A stretch of 64,000 nt of DNA, from sequence record OR805293.1; one strand, given 5' to 3'. Positions within the stretch are counted from its first letter, which is position 1. Each line of letters opens with the position of its first letter. A program made the position numbers and the translations under genes. The notes under the pieces were generated by a model. That model searched no databases. It was not told the DNA's origin and saw only the letters and a program-made list of their open reading frames with translations. Shown here one piece after another: positions 45,737-55,157 of the stretch.

Positions 45737-47232
45737 TGGATAATTTTGATATAGAATTAAAAGAACTCATAAAAAATACAAATCCTAACGCATTAGGAAA
45801 TGTAGTAAAAAGTAAAAAAGAAATATATGAGGAATTAGTTCGACGAACTAATTCCTTTCTTCGTGACGACGTTTCTGTAACAGAAAGGATTCATATATAC
45901 TTAAATCCGGATGATAATGTTTACTGTAAGTATGATAACAAACGGACACTAAAGCGAAATAAAGATACAAAACAAACCCAATACGGATTTTGCGGAAATA
46001 AAAGTAAATGTAAATGTCATATGGAATGGTCTTTAAAAAATCATCCAGGCATGACAAAATCCGGAAAAGAAAGTATGAAAACAAAGAGGATAAAAACCTG
46101 GATAGAAAAATACGGTGTCGATAATCCATCTAAGTCAAAAGATATTATTGCAAAACAGCAATTAAGTAAAAAACATATAAAGCCAGATCATAGAACTATA
46201 AAGGAACTGGGATATAAAAAAGTAGTAGAACGGCTTTCTAACATACTCACCCCTACGTTTAGTATAGACGAGTACGAAGGGTGCTTTAGAAAAAATGTGT
46301 ATGACTGGGTATGCAATGCATGCGGAAATATAGTTATCGGACACGTAGATTATGGGTCTACTCCGAGGTGCAATGTTTGTAATCCTATAACAAAGTCTGC
46401 CGGCGAGAATGAAATATCTAACTATATAGTATCGCTAGGATTTGATGTGATTAACAATGACCGAACTATATTATCTAACAAAGAATTAGATATAGTAATT
46501 AAAGGTACAAACATAGCAATAGAATATAATGGTTGTTATTGGCATTCTACAAAACACAGAAAAAAATCATATCATGTAGATAAATTTATAGAATGCAGAG
46601 ATAAAGGAATAAAGTTAATACAAATTTTAGATGTAGATTGGATATCAAAACAAGACATAATAAAATCAAGGTTAAAATCTATTTTAGGTTGTAGTGATAG
46701 AATATATGCAAGGAATACAACTATAAAAGAAATAACATTTAACGAATCTTTAACTTTTTTAGAAGAAACTCACATCCAAGGTTCTTGTCAATCATCTGTA
46801 AGACTAGGTCTATACGACAATGAGAATTTGTTAGTAGCCGTAATGACATTTGGGAAATCTAGATATACAAAAGAGGAATATGAATTACTTAGATATGCTA
46901 GCAAAAATACTGTTGTAGGAGGAGCCAGCAAACTTCTTAAATATTTCATAAAAACATATTCCCCTAAATCTATTATTACATATGCAGATAGGTGTTGGTC
47001 AGATGGAAATTTATATAAACAACTCGGGTTTACAAATGTAACTAAGAATGACAGAAATACAGGATATTGGTATATAAAAGACAACATAAAATATCATAGA
47101 TCTAATTTCATAAAATCTAAGATTTCTAATAAAAATAATTTACATCTAAGCGAATCGGAAATAATGGATAGTTTAGGTTATTTAAAATATTACGATTGCG
47201 GCAATTACAAATATACATTGCAGGTACGCTAG
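45724..47232 (+). CDS. Second free-standing Vsr/EDxHD-like homing endonuclease with Mom/GNAT-like C-domain
   Basis: CxxC..CxxC Zn ribbon, ELDI...AIEYNGCYWHS, IYAR.T.IKE, YELLRY...ITYADR.WS.G.LY..LGF; clear paralogue of 28208-29890. Confidence 0.8.
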   Translation: MARIMDNFDIELKELIKNTNPNALGNVVKSKKEIYEELVRRTNSFLRDDVSVTERIHIYLNPDDNVYCKYDNKRTLKRNKDTKQTQYGFCGNKSKCKCHMEWSLKNHPGMTKSGKESMKTKRIKTWIEKYGVDNPSKSKDIIAKQQLSKKHIKPDHRTIKELGYKKVVERLSNILTPTFSIDEYEGCFRKNVYDWVCNACGNIVIGHVDYGSTPRCNVCNPITKSAGENEISNYIVSLGFDVINNDRTILSNKELDIVIKGTNIAIEYNGCYWHSTKHRKKSYHVDKFIECRDKGIKLIQILDVDWISKQDIIKSRLKSILGCSDRIYARNTTIKEITFNESLTFLEETHIQGSCQSSVRLGLYDNENLLVAVMTFGKSRYTKEEYELLRYASKNTVVGGASKLLKYFIKTYSPKSIITYADRCWSDGNLYKQLGFTNVTKNDRNTGYWYIKDNIKYHRSNFIKSKISNKNNLHLSESEIMDSLGYLKYYDCGNYKYTLQVR

Positions 47233-47246
47233 CATAATGTTATACT
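47218..47246 (+). promoter_or_regulatory. sigma70-type promoter for the vWA gene
   Basis: TTGCAG-17bp-TATACT(TGTA). Confidence 0.7.
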
Positions 47247-47287
47247 TGTAACGTAACACAAAACATATCATTTTAACGGAGCATTAT

Positions 47288-48472
47288 ATGTCCACTAAAA
47301 CCCTAGAAGAACGCATCATCCGCGCCCGTGTTCAGTTGCTGTTGAACCATCCGTTTTTCGGGACCTTGGCGCTGCGCCTTAAACTAGTCGAGGCGAACGA
47401 CTGGTGCCCTACTGCCGGTACTGATGGACGCCATCTTTATTATAATACCAAGTTCCTCGAAGACTTGGACGATAAGGAACTTATCTTCCTCATCGGTCAT
47501 GAGGTAATGCACGTCGTCTACGACCACATGGGACGGCGTGGCAGCAGAGAGCCTAAACTGTGGAACTGTGCTGCCGACTTTGTTATCAACCTCGAATTGC
47601 ACGATATGAAAATCGGCAAGCTTATCCACCGTCCGGGTACTTGCGAGCCGTGCTTTGATGAAAAGTACCGCGGAATGTCCGCTGACCAGATCTATGAACT
47701 AATTAAGAAAGATCCGTCACTAAAAGATAAAGATAGCTTCGACGTTCACCTCGAACCCGGTGGTGCCGGGAATGAAGACGGCGATGCTTCTGGCAAATCC
47801 GGTCCTATCCCTATGTCTGCAGATGAGCAAGCTGCTCTTCGGGACGAGATCACCGAAGCTGTTCTTCAGGCTGCTAAAGCTGCTGGTGTCGGCAACACTC
47901 CGGCAGGTGTGCGTCAGATGATCAGTGACATCACTGAACCTAAACTAGATTGGCGCGAATTGCTAAACCAGACTATTCCGTCGCACATTAAATCCGACTA
48001 TATGTGGACTCGTCCGTCGCGGAAGAGTTGGGGAACTGGTGCGACTCTGCCGGGTCAGATTGTTGATGACAAAATCGATGTTATCCTGGCACTAGACGCC
48101 TCTGGTTCGATTAGCTCTTCTCAGCTAAGAGATTTCTTAGGAGAAGTGTTAGGAATTATGGAACAGTTTAGTGACTTTTCCATACAAGTGCTAACGTTTG
48201 ATACTAGAGTGTATGAATTCCGAAAATATACTCCCGACAATGCAGACGAAATCTATGAGTATCCCCTTAAAGGCGGCGGCGGCACCGATTTTGTGGCTGT
48301 GTTTAACTTCCTTAAAGATACGCTCACTGAACCGCCGCATCAGTTAGTATTCTTCACTGACATGGAAGTGTATGACTACGGCGATCCTAACTATTGCGAT
48401 ACTGTGTTTATAAACCACGGTCGCAAAGGTGTAACTGCACCGTTTGGCATCACCATCGACTACGACGAATAA
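47288..48472 (+). CDS. vWA domain / HExxH metallopeptidase-like protein (DUF2201-type MoxR partner)
   Basis: TAGTDG, HEVMH, WNxAxDFVIN, MIDAS DASGS, TFDT, GGGTDF, FFTD; GGAG RBS. Confidence 0.88.
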   Translation: MSTKTLEERIIRARVQLLLNHPFFGTLALRLKLVEANDWCPTAGTDGRHLYYNTKFLEDLDDKELIFLIGHEVMHVVYDHMGRRGSREPKLWNCAADFVINLELHDMKIGKLIHRPGTCEPCFDEKYRGMSADQIYELIKKDPSLKDKDSFDVHLEPGGAGNEDGDASGKSGPIPMSADEQAALRDEITEAVLQAAKAAGVGNTPAGVRQMISDITEPKLDWRELLNQTIPSHIKSDYMWTRPSRKSWGTGATLPGQIVDDKIDVILALDASGSISSSQLRDFLGEVLGIMEQFSDFSIQVLTFDTRVYEFRKYTPDNADEIYEYPLKGGGGTDFVAVFNFLKDTLTEPPHQLVFFTDMEVYDYGDPNYCDTVFINHGRKGVTAPFGITIDYDE

Positions 48473-48483
48473 TCGTAGGTTAA

Positions 48484-48517
48484 AACAAAAAAGGGGCTTA
48501 TAAGCCCCTTTTTTGTT
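48484..48517. terminator. 34-bp perfect palindrome / terminator
   Basis: aacaaaaaaggggcttataagccccttttttgtt. Confidence 0.9.
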
Positions 48518-48574
48518 GACTAGTTTTAACTACTTAAAGCGCTGTAGCATAGCTGTACATAAGCGCTAAATTAG

Positions 48575-48653
48575 CGCAAATTTGCGTGTTTTTATGCGTT
48601 ACAATACATAGCTAATACTACGCATGCAAAACGCGCTATAGCGCAAATTTGCG
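48575..48653. repeat. Two copies of the 12-bp palindrome CGCAAATTTGCG (48575-48586, 48642-48653) within 21-bp direct repeats
   Basis: tagcgcaaatttgcgtgtttt occurs twice, 67 bp apart. Confidence 0.85.
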
Positions 48654-48753
48654 TGTTTTAAGCACATCTACTATGCTTTTTATTTTGCATTGTATTTAAT
48701 GCACAGGGACAGTATTGTATGCTTGTTTGTGTCATATAAGACAATAAAATGTT

Positions 48754-48996
48754 ATGTTACATTATCTTCCAGTTATACTATTCGTTTATGTTATAGGAAA
48801 CATATTATCATTGTTTTTATACAATGTAGTATCATACAGCACACTATTTCCATATAGTATGTTACACAAACAAAACCACAAGAAAACTCTGTTTCATAAA
48901 TTTATAAAAATGTGGTGGTTTTCCTACTTAAACATTATTGTACTCAGTTGTGCTTGCATATATGTAATAGGCAAAAAATATATAAAGAGAATTTGA
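48754..48996 (+). CDS. Small hydrophobic hypothetical protein
   Basis: 80 aa, two hydrophobic segments, no Asp or Glu. Confidence 0.45.
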   Translation: MLHYLPVILFVYVIGNILSLFLYNVVSYSTLFPYSMLHKQNHKKTLFHKFIKMWWFSYLNIIVLSCACIYVIGKKYIKRI

Positions 48997-49053
48997 AATA
49001 TTATAAAGATTTTATTAAGATTATGATAAATTTAATATAGAACTAATTTACAA

Positions 49054-49080
49054 AATAAAAGGGCTTAACGCCCTTTTATT
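49054..49080. terminator. Bidirectional terminator between convergent genes
   Basis: aataaaagggc-ttaac-gcccttttatt. Confidence 0.85.
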
Positions 49081-49088
49081 TCAATCAA

Positions 49089-49409
49089 TTATTCTATTTT
49101 TGCATGAATAGTACATAGCATATTGTGATATGCTTCCTGGTATTCAGATTCTAGTTTAATCATATCTAAGTAGATAAAAATAGCCTCTATTTTGCCTAAC
49201 TTAGACAACCGTTCATCTTTTTTGCTCTTAATTAGATTTCCTATAAACTGTCTGTCAAATTTATTAACAGAACCGTTTTCACAAATAACTTCTACATAAT
49301 CTACATAAGAAAGATGTAAATCGTCTAAGCTTATGCTAGGCAGAAATTCTTCTATATCAAACGAAATCCCCTCCTGTTCGGGGAGTTTTTTAAGATAGAT
49401 TTTGGCCAT
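49089..49409 (-). CDS. Hypothetical protein
   Basis: 106 aa, GGAG RBS on the minus strand. Confidence 0.7.
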   Translation of the reverse strand: MAKIYLKKLPEQEGISFDIEEFLPSISLDDLHLSYVDYVEVICENGSVNKFDRQFIGNLIKSKKDERLSKLGKIEAIFIYLDMIKLESEYQEAYHNMLCTIHAKIE

Positions 49410-49545
49410 ATATGCTACTCCGTTCTATGCATATAGATATTTAGCAATTATACAAAAATGCATAGTTTTAATAGCACACACAAACACGATGCAGCGTATT
49501 AGTTAGTTTTATTACCAAGCAAAATTGTGCATTTTTTGCCCAAAA

Positions 49546-49571
49546 AAAACAGCCCTAGCTAGGGCTGTTTT
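49546..49571 (-). terminator. Palindromic terminator
   Basis: aaaacagccctagctagggctgtttt. Confidence 0.85.
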
Positions 49572-49576
49572 GTTAG

Positions 49577-49816
49577 TTAAAGCTTTTCTAAAACAAGTGT
49601 TAGCGCATCTTCTCCTATATTAAAGTGTTGTGTCGCACTAACATGACAAAACTTGCCATATATATCTAATGCAGATATTACAACATCTTCAATAACTTTT
49701 TCTATCATTTCACTAGTATCTTTACATCTACATTTTAGTGTAATGTTATCTATAGTTTCTTCAATGGATATAATATTAATGCCCTTTACTTCTAAAGCTT
49801 CTTTTATTTCTTGCAT
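49577..49816 (-). CDS. Hypothetical protein
   Basis: ATG at 49816 with GGAG RBS (ORF track extends to 49846). Confidence 0.6.
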   Translation of the reverse strand: MQEIKEALEVKGINIISIEETIDNITLKCRCKDTSEMIEKVIEDVVISALDIYGKFCHVSATQHFNIGEDALTLVLEKL

Positions 49817-49817
49817 T

Positions 49818-50558
49818 TTACTCCGCGCGAGTGGAATCGCGCTCAAGTTTTTGAGAAACCTTAAGTTCTAATTCCTCGACGGCCTTAGCTTTGCTTTCTT
49901 CTAGTAAAGCTCTAGCCTTTTCTTCTTCTCGTTTCTGCCTAGCTTCCCTGCGCTTTTCCTTACGTTTTTCTAGGCGCTCTTTGTAACGTTCTTCTAGTTC
50001 TTCTTCTGTAAGTTCACGCTGACGACCAGGCGCTGGTTTTAGTTCAGGACATAAAGAATATGCAAGCTCTAACTTTGCATCAGCCTCTTCTTTAAGCAAC
50101 CGTGCTTGAACTATAAGACCTTCTGCTCGTTGTTTATCAGTAATAGATTCTTCAACTACAGGTACTGATGCGGTTTCTGTATGTACAGGGTCGGCACCTG
50201 CTAATGCAGCTTCACGTATCTGAGAATTAATAAGTTCTAAAGCAACATTAGTACCTGGGTACGGTTGCATAAAAACCTGTCTAACTTCCACTTTGCGTAA
50301 AAAAGACCGATCGTGCATTGTACGAAGTGCAGGCAATCCGTCACCTAAAAGTTTATTATTTAGGACAGTATACAAATCGACAGAATTTTGTCCTTCTCTA
50401 CTTTCAACTATAGTTTTTAGGTTATCTTGGTACATGTCTGGTAGTCTATCTATTTCAACTACTAAACAATGAGTAGGATCATCGGGTAATTCCCGGAACA
50501 CGACATACACACGTGTTCCGGTATTAGCGATTTTCCCTATGTGGCGCTTAAGACTCAT
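49818..50558 (-). CDS. Conserved jumbo-phage hypothetical protein with charged coiled-coil tail
   Basis: MSLKRHIGKI...VVFRELP; E/K/R-rich C-terminus. Confidence 0.75.
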   Translation of the reverse strand: MSLKRHIGKIANTGTRVYVVFRELPDDPTHCLVVEIDRLPDMYQDNLKTIVESREGQNSVDLYTVLNNKLLGDGLPALRTMHDRSFLRKVEVRQVFMQPYPGTNVALELINSQIREAALAGADPVHTETASVPVVEESITDKQRAEGLIVQARLLKEEADAKLELAYSLCPELKPAPGRQRELTEEELEERYKERLEKRKEKRREARQKREEEKARALLEESKAKAVEELELKVSQKLERDSTRAE

Positions 50559-50575
50559 TAGGAAATCTCCGTGTA

Positions 50576-50848
50576 TTATTTGGCTTCAGTTTCAGCTTCT
50601 TGCTCTTCTTGTTTAGGTTCAATTGCTGATACAAAAGATTTAACTTTACTAAACACACCACCGACGCTGGCCATTTCTTCTGCGCGGAATGCTCCGCGTT
50701 GGCATGCAACATCAACTATGGTTAGTAAATCTTTAATGTCTTGTACACCTAGACGAGGTTCTTCGCTTGCTTGTTCAGTCATATTCTCTTGATCTACAAC
50801 TTCTTTTTCTACAACTTCTTTTTCTACAGCTTTAGCTTTCTTAGCCAT
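50576..50848 (-). CDS. Conserved small acidic protein
   Basis: L.VQDI..L..IVDVA.QRGAFRAEEM..VG. Confidence 0.7.
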   Translation of the reverse strand: MAKKAKAVEKEVVEKEVVDQENMTEQASEEPRLGVQDIKDLLTIVDVACQRGAFRAEEMASVGGVFSKVKSFVSAIEPKQEEQEAETEAK

Positions 50849-51443
50849 TTAACATTTCTCCGTAATTGTGTGTCGGGCTCGATTCAATTTCTGATATACA
50901 TTTTTTATCAGTAATAATTATTAAGTTTGAATCCCATGGCAAATAAAATTTCCAATCACTATCTCTTATTAAAATAGGTAATTGTTGCCTACGAGAAACA
51001 AGTTCATAATAAGTAGGTCTATGTGGCATTTTAATGGGAATAATATTCTTGTTATCGCCTTTTTTGTTATTACAAACTTTACATGCAGTGCATATATTAG
51101 TCCAATTTGTCTTACCACCGTATCTCTTAGGTAAAACATGATCTAGTGTTAGCTGTTTAACAGGAAACGTTCTAAAACAAAACTGACACTGATAGTTATC
51201 CCTTAAATATACGTTGTTTCTGGAAAACTTTGTTTTATGATTCCATTTAATGTATTCAGTTGACATTACAATAGACGGAACCTTCATAGTAATACTGGGA
51301 GAATTAACTTCCCAATTGTCGTAATTTTTTAAAATTTCGACCTTGCCAAGCGATACTAATTTAATACTAGTTTGCCAGTCTACAACAGATAATGGTAACA
51401 TGCATAACGGATTACCGTCTTTGTTAAGTATCAAAGTATCCAT
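50841..51443 (-). CDS. HNH endonuclease (McrA-like)
   Basis: RNNVYLRDNYQCQFC...LTLDHVLP...GG...W.N..TAC..CN..KG. Confidence 0.9.
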   Translation of the reverse strand: MDTLILNKDGNPLCMLPLSVVDWQTSIKLVSLGKVEILKNYDNWEVNSPSITMKVPSIVMSTEYIKWNHKTKFSRNNVYLRDNYQCQFCFRTFPVKQLTLDHVLPKRYGGKTNWTNICTACKVCNNKKGDNKNIIPIKMPHRPTYYELVSRRQQLPILIRDSDWKFYLPWDSNLIIITDKKCISEIESSPTHNYGEMLNG

Positions 51444-51459
51444 TTATAAACTACACAGT

Positions 51460-51467
51460 TATTTATC
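51460..51467 (-). promoter_or_regulatory. Late promoter motif GATAAATA
   Basis: Upstream of the HNH gene on the minus strand. Confidence 0.55.
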
Positions 51468-51470
51468 TTT

Positions 51471-51713
51471 TTATTTCATGTATTTCTTTAATTCTTCCGG
51501 AAAACCTTTTAATGTTACAAACACTTGATCTTCCTGTTTTTCGAAATCAATGTTATAAAAAATTTCATTTTTTGTAGGTTGTATTTCTTCTAAAATAGTA
51601 TACTTTCCATCACAATTAGAGTCTAGCCATACACCTAAGTAAAGCTTAAATACTTCTCCTAACCCGTTAGCAGATCGTTGTACACTAAACCTAGTCATAT
51701 TAACAAAATCCAC
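51471..51713 (-). CDS. Hypothetical protein
   Basis: 80-aa ORF. Confidence 0.55.
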   Translation of the reverse strand: MDFVNMTRFSVQRSANGLGEVFKLYLGVWLDSNCDGKYTILEEIQPTKNEIFYNIDFEKQEDQVFVTLKGFPEELKKYMK

Positions 51714-51948
51714 TTAATATTCCTGGGTCTACATATTGTGAAAAGTATACAGTAGATCTACTATCTTGTATTTTTATATACCAAGGATATTTTATATTGG
51801 TACTAATAACTGTAATGAGTTTTTCTACTTCATCCTTAGAAATATGGACTACATATTTGTTATAAAGTAAATTAGAATATAGAGTAGTGCCTTTTAATGA
51901 ATAAAATTCGTCTTCTGTTAATCTATATTCTCGCGTGACAGAAATCAT
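51700..51948 (-). CDS. Hypothetical protein
   Basis: 82 aa, GGAG RBS, late motif at 51972-51979. Confidence 0.6.
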   Translation of the reverse strand: MISVTREYRLTEDEFYSLKGTTLYSNLLYNKYVVHISKDEVEKLITVISTNIKYPWYIKIQDSRSTVYFSQYVDPGILSGFC

Positions 51949-52032
51949 ATACGTTTCTCCTTTTATTAAAGTATTTATCTACGTATATATTTCCTAAGAA
52001 GGGAAACAACGCCTTCCCTAGCTAGTGTGCAT

Positions 52033-52061
52033 ATTATATAACAGCATATTACCGTTGTCAA
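52033..52061 (-). promoter_or_regulatory. Consensus sigma70 promoter
   Basis: TTGACA-17bp-TATAAT on the minus strand. Confidence 0.85.
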
Positions 52062-52068
52062 TATATTT

Positions 52069-52494
52069 TTAACTAGTCTTTGTCAGAAGGTAAGTATGTT
52101 CATTATTGGTATTTTTGTTTGACTGTATTGTGTAACCATATTGAGTAGCCATTTTTGTTGCGAGTCTGTTGTATAATTTAACTCTAGATGGCTCGGATAG
52201 ATCGGCAGTAAAATATATTTGGTTAGGTTTTAATTCAGAAATAGCACGTTTGGTAATATCTAATATAGTAGAGAATACTTTAAATTCATTGCCAGTTCCG
52301 GTGACCGCAGCATCATAATAATAATCGTCAACATCAACTTCCTTTGCAGTAAACGATATTAATAGTCTTCCATTAACCATAGTTTCTATGACTCTGTATT
52401 TCATATTACCAACAATAAAATATGCATTAACGGTTCCATTAGTGTTGGTATACTGATATTTTTCAATCTGATCGAATAGTTCAAATAAGTGCAT
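52069..52494 (-). CDS. Hypothetical protein
   Basis: 141 aa, AAGGA RBS, late motif GATAAATA at 52517-52524. Confidence 0.7.
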   Translation of the reverse strand: MHLFELFDQIEKYQYTNTNGTVNAYFIVGNMKYRVIETMVNGRLLISFTAKEVDVDDYYYDAAVTGTGNEFKVFSTILDITKRAISELKPNQIYFTADLSEPSRVKLYNRLATKMATQYGYTIQSNKNTNNEHTYLLTKTS

Positions 52495-52537
52495 AAAAAA
52501 TAGTCCTTAATATGGATATTTATCTTATATATAAATT

Positions 52538-52562
52538 AAAAGGGGAATTAAATTCCCCTTTA
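52538..52562 (-). terminator. Rho-independent terminator
   Basis: aaaaggggaatt-a-aattccccttt. Confidence 0.85.
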
Positions 52563-52565
52563 GCA

Positions 52566-53312
52566 TTACTTACCTTTTCTTACCAAAATTGACATACAAT
52601 GTGCTAATTCGTCATAGTAATTTGGAAATAATTGCTTTACTTTTTTATGAAAACTCATAGGCATTGTTTTATTTTTATCTGCTATATAGTAATATTCGGG
52701 ATCAACTTTCATTAATCTAATAGCATCAGTGCCAGTTAATTGCATTTTATTTAATAATGTTTCAGTTTCCCTAGATTTAGGCAATTTATTATTACATATT
52801 TCAGAAATTACAAGGCAAGGTTTAATGTTATCTATATTGTTATTTGCTATAAATTCGATAAATTTTGTTCTAAACGAAATTTTAAATAAATGCTCAGGAA
52901 TAGGTGTATTATATACTATTGAGTTTAAATCTAAATCTGTTAATATTTTTGCCATACGTTTTATACCGTCTTTAGAATTATAATAAATTACACGATAGTA
53001 TGGAGTATTATGCCAGACTTGCATATACTTCATTAACACTTTAGGATGAATACTAACAATAGTTTTTAACCGCTCGGTTGGAATAACATCGCCGAATGTG
53101 TGTATGTGTCTAGCAACAAACTTGTCTGACATTTTAGAAACTAATCTAGTTTTTGCTGCTGTAGATGCATCTACAGCAGCATGATACAGTAACTCGTCGT
53201 CATTAGAATAATTATTCTCTATTAGTTTTATGATGTTATGTTTTTTGCAATTGTACGTATTTAATAAGATTTCTTTCAAATCTTCTCTTTCTATATAAAT
53301 TTTGTCATTCAT
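52566..53312 (-). CDS. AT-rich helical hypothetical protein (family member 3)
   Basis: 248 aa; ends ...KQLFPNY....SILVRKGK. Confidence 0.65.
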   Translation of the reverse strand: MNDKIYIEREDLKEILLNTYNCKKHNIIKLIENNYSNDDELLYHAAVDASTAAKTRLVSKMSDKFVARHIHTFGDVIPTERLKTIVSIHPKVLMKYMQVWHNTPYYRVIYYNSKDGIKRMAKILTDLDLNSIVYNTPIPEHLFKISFRTKFIEFIANNNIDNIKPCLVISEICNNKLPKSRETETLLNKMQLTGTDAIRLMKVDPEYYYIADKNKTMPMSFHKKVKQLFPNYYDELAHCMSILVRKGK

Positions 53313-54264
53313 TTGTTTTTCTTTTTCCTTTGCCTGTAGATAAAATATACATAAAATATTCTTCGTTATTTTTTAATTCAGGATACATCTTAAACATTTC
53401 TGACCAACTAGTTTTTGTTAATTTTTCGAGATGCTTAGGTACTATAGGCTTAAAGGTTGTTGTATATTTCTTAGCAAATGCCACTAAGTTAGCACCTGTA
53501 AACGGAGTGCCGTGTACAAATTCTTTAGAAGAAAGTTCATCCGATATATCGTTTTCGTTAATTTCAAAAAAGTTAACAATATTGTATACATCAGATTTAG
53601 AAATGTACCTATTTTTTATTATATCGTTTTTTATTGTATCTAAAGTAAATATTTGCTTAAGATCGTTTACTGTATCTAAAGCATATTTAGGACACAATTT
53701 ATTAGACTTATTAAAGTCAGATACTGTATGTTTAATTGCTGGCGGCAAATGGTAATAATACGAAAATGAATTATAAGTAAATACGAGATTTGCCATACTA
53801 CACAGACGTTTAATATGTTTATCTATTACATTGGCATATAATTTATCATAATTTTTATATGTTTTTAAATTATGTAAATCAGACATATGTATTTTATTTA
53901 AACACAGCATCAATGGAATACAGTCACTGTACCTAGCTGCCACATTATTTACAATAGGTTTACTGTTGAATTTAGATTTAAACTCATTAATTATTTTTTC
54001 ATTAAACAAAATAGTAATGTCTTTTATAAGAAATTCATGCAATGCTCTGCATAACCCATCAAACTGTGTACTATTCTTAAATGCATAAAGACTAGTAGAT
54101 AAATTATCATTGTTAAAAAACGATGATAATGCATAGTGTGCATCTGATGAATGTTCTAACGGTATGTCATATCTAATAGAACTTTCTAATATATATTCTA
54201 TATCGTTTCGTTCTACCGAATTCCAGTCAATTTGTGATAACATGTGTGATACTGATTTTTTCAT
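53305..54264 (-). CDS. AT-rich helical hypothetical protein (family member 2)
   Basis: 319 aa; ends W.EMFKMYPEL...YILSTGKGK. Confidence 0.65.
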   Translation of the reverse strand: MKKSVSHMLSQIDWNSVERNDIEYILESSIRYDIPLEHSSDAHYALSSFFNNDNLSTSLYAFKNSTQFDGLCRALHEFLIKDITILFNEKIINEFKSKFNSKPIVNNVAARYSDCIPLMLCLNKIHMSDLHNLKTYKNYDKLYANVIDKHIKRLCSMANLVFTYNSFSYYYHLPPAIKHTVSDFNKSNKLCPKYALDTVNDLKQIFTLDTIKNDIIKNRYISKSDVYNIVNFFEINENDISDELSSKEFVHGTPFTGANLVAFAKKYTTTFKPIVPKHLEKLTKTSWSEMFKMYPELKNNEEYFMYILSTGKGKRKTNE

Positions 54265-55157
54265 TAGTTTCGGGGACCTTTAAGTTTTGCTAGTACATGT
54301 TGTTCTGACCCAGCCAAATGAGGGAAGATCTTTATAAGTTTGTTCCAGTACGAATACGGCAAAAAATCGAGATTTATATAATCTAAATATTTTATAGAAT
54401 TACTATGCAACCTATTCCTCGAAAGTATAGTCAATATATGTCGTCCTGCTATATAAGACCAATCTATATTTTTAAGAAATGTAATACAACTGTCAGTAGA
54501 CATTGTCTGACCATTTGCTTTATGCATATAGAATAGCGAAGACATCCTTTCAAAAAGAAACCAGTGATATTGTTTATTTTTAGAAATAGTATCAAACCCT
54601 ACAAATTTTACATATTCTTCAAAAACAGAATATCTTTTACTACAAAAAAAATTAAATACTCTTTTATTCAACAAAACGTTATGTCGTTTTAATTCTTTTA
54701 AAATAAGTCTTACTATGTTTAAATCAGGTAAAGATTGTATGGTACACAATTGCGTTATTATATCTTTAGATAATGCTTTTCTCGGTTTTAAATTCTTTAA
54801 AACAACATAAAATAATTTATGACATGTTATAGGAACTTTCATAGGAAACATTGAATTTGAAAATTTTCCAATACATTGCCTGACAAGATATAAATCTTCT
54901 TTACTTATAGATCTGTTATATTCACTAATAGAAGATGAATAATTACTTGATATAAAGTTTATTAATTTTGGACTTTTAATTTCCATAAGAACATTCAATA
55001 CAGTAGCATTGAACGGTATATATTCAACGTCAATAGAATTACAGACTGCAATTAGTGCATCTTTAGCTGAATTATTAGCAATTGTTATTTCTTTATTTTT
55101 TCTAAATTTAATAAAATATTCTAATTCGCCTAAAGCTTTAATATAGCTAATATCCAT
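54264..55157 (-). CDS. AT-rich helical hypothetical protein (family member 1)
   Basis: 297 aa; ends W.KLIKIFPHL...VLAKLKG. Confidence 0.65.
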   Translation of the reverse strand: MDISYIKALGELEYFIKFRKNKEITIANNSAKDALIAVCNSIDVEYIPFNATVLNVLMEIKSPKLINFISSNYSSSISEYNRSISKEDLYLVRQCIGKFSNSMFPMKVPITCHKLFYVVLKNLKPRKALSKDIITQLCTIQSLPDLNIVRLILKELKRHNVLLNKRVFNFFCSKRYSVFEEYVKFVGFDTISKNKQYHWFLFERMSSLFYMHKANGQTMSTDSCITFLKNIDWSYIAGRHILTILSRNRLHSNSIKYLDYINLDFLPYSYWNKLIKIFPHLAGSEQHVLAKLKGPRN

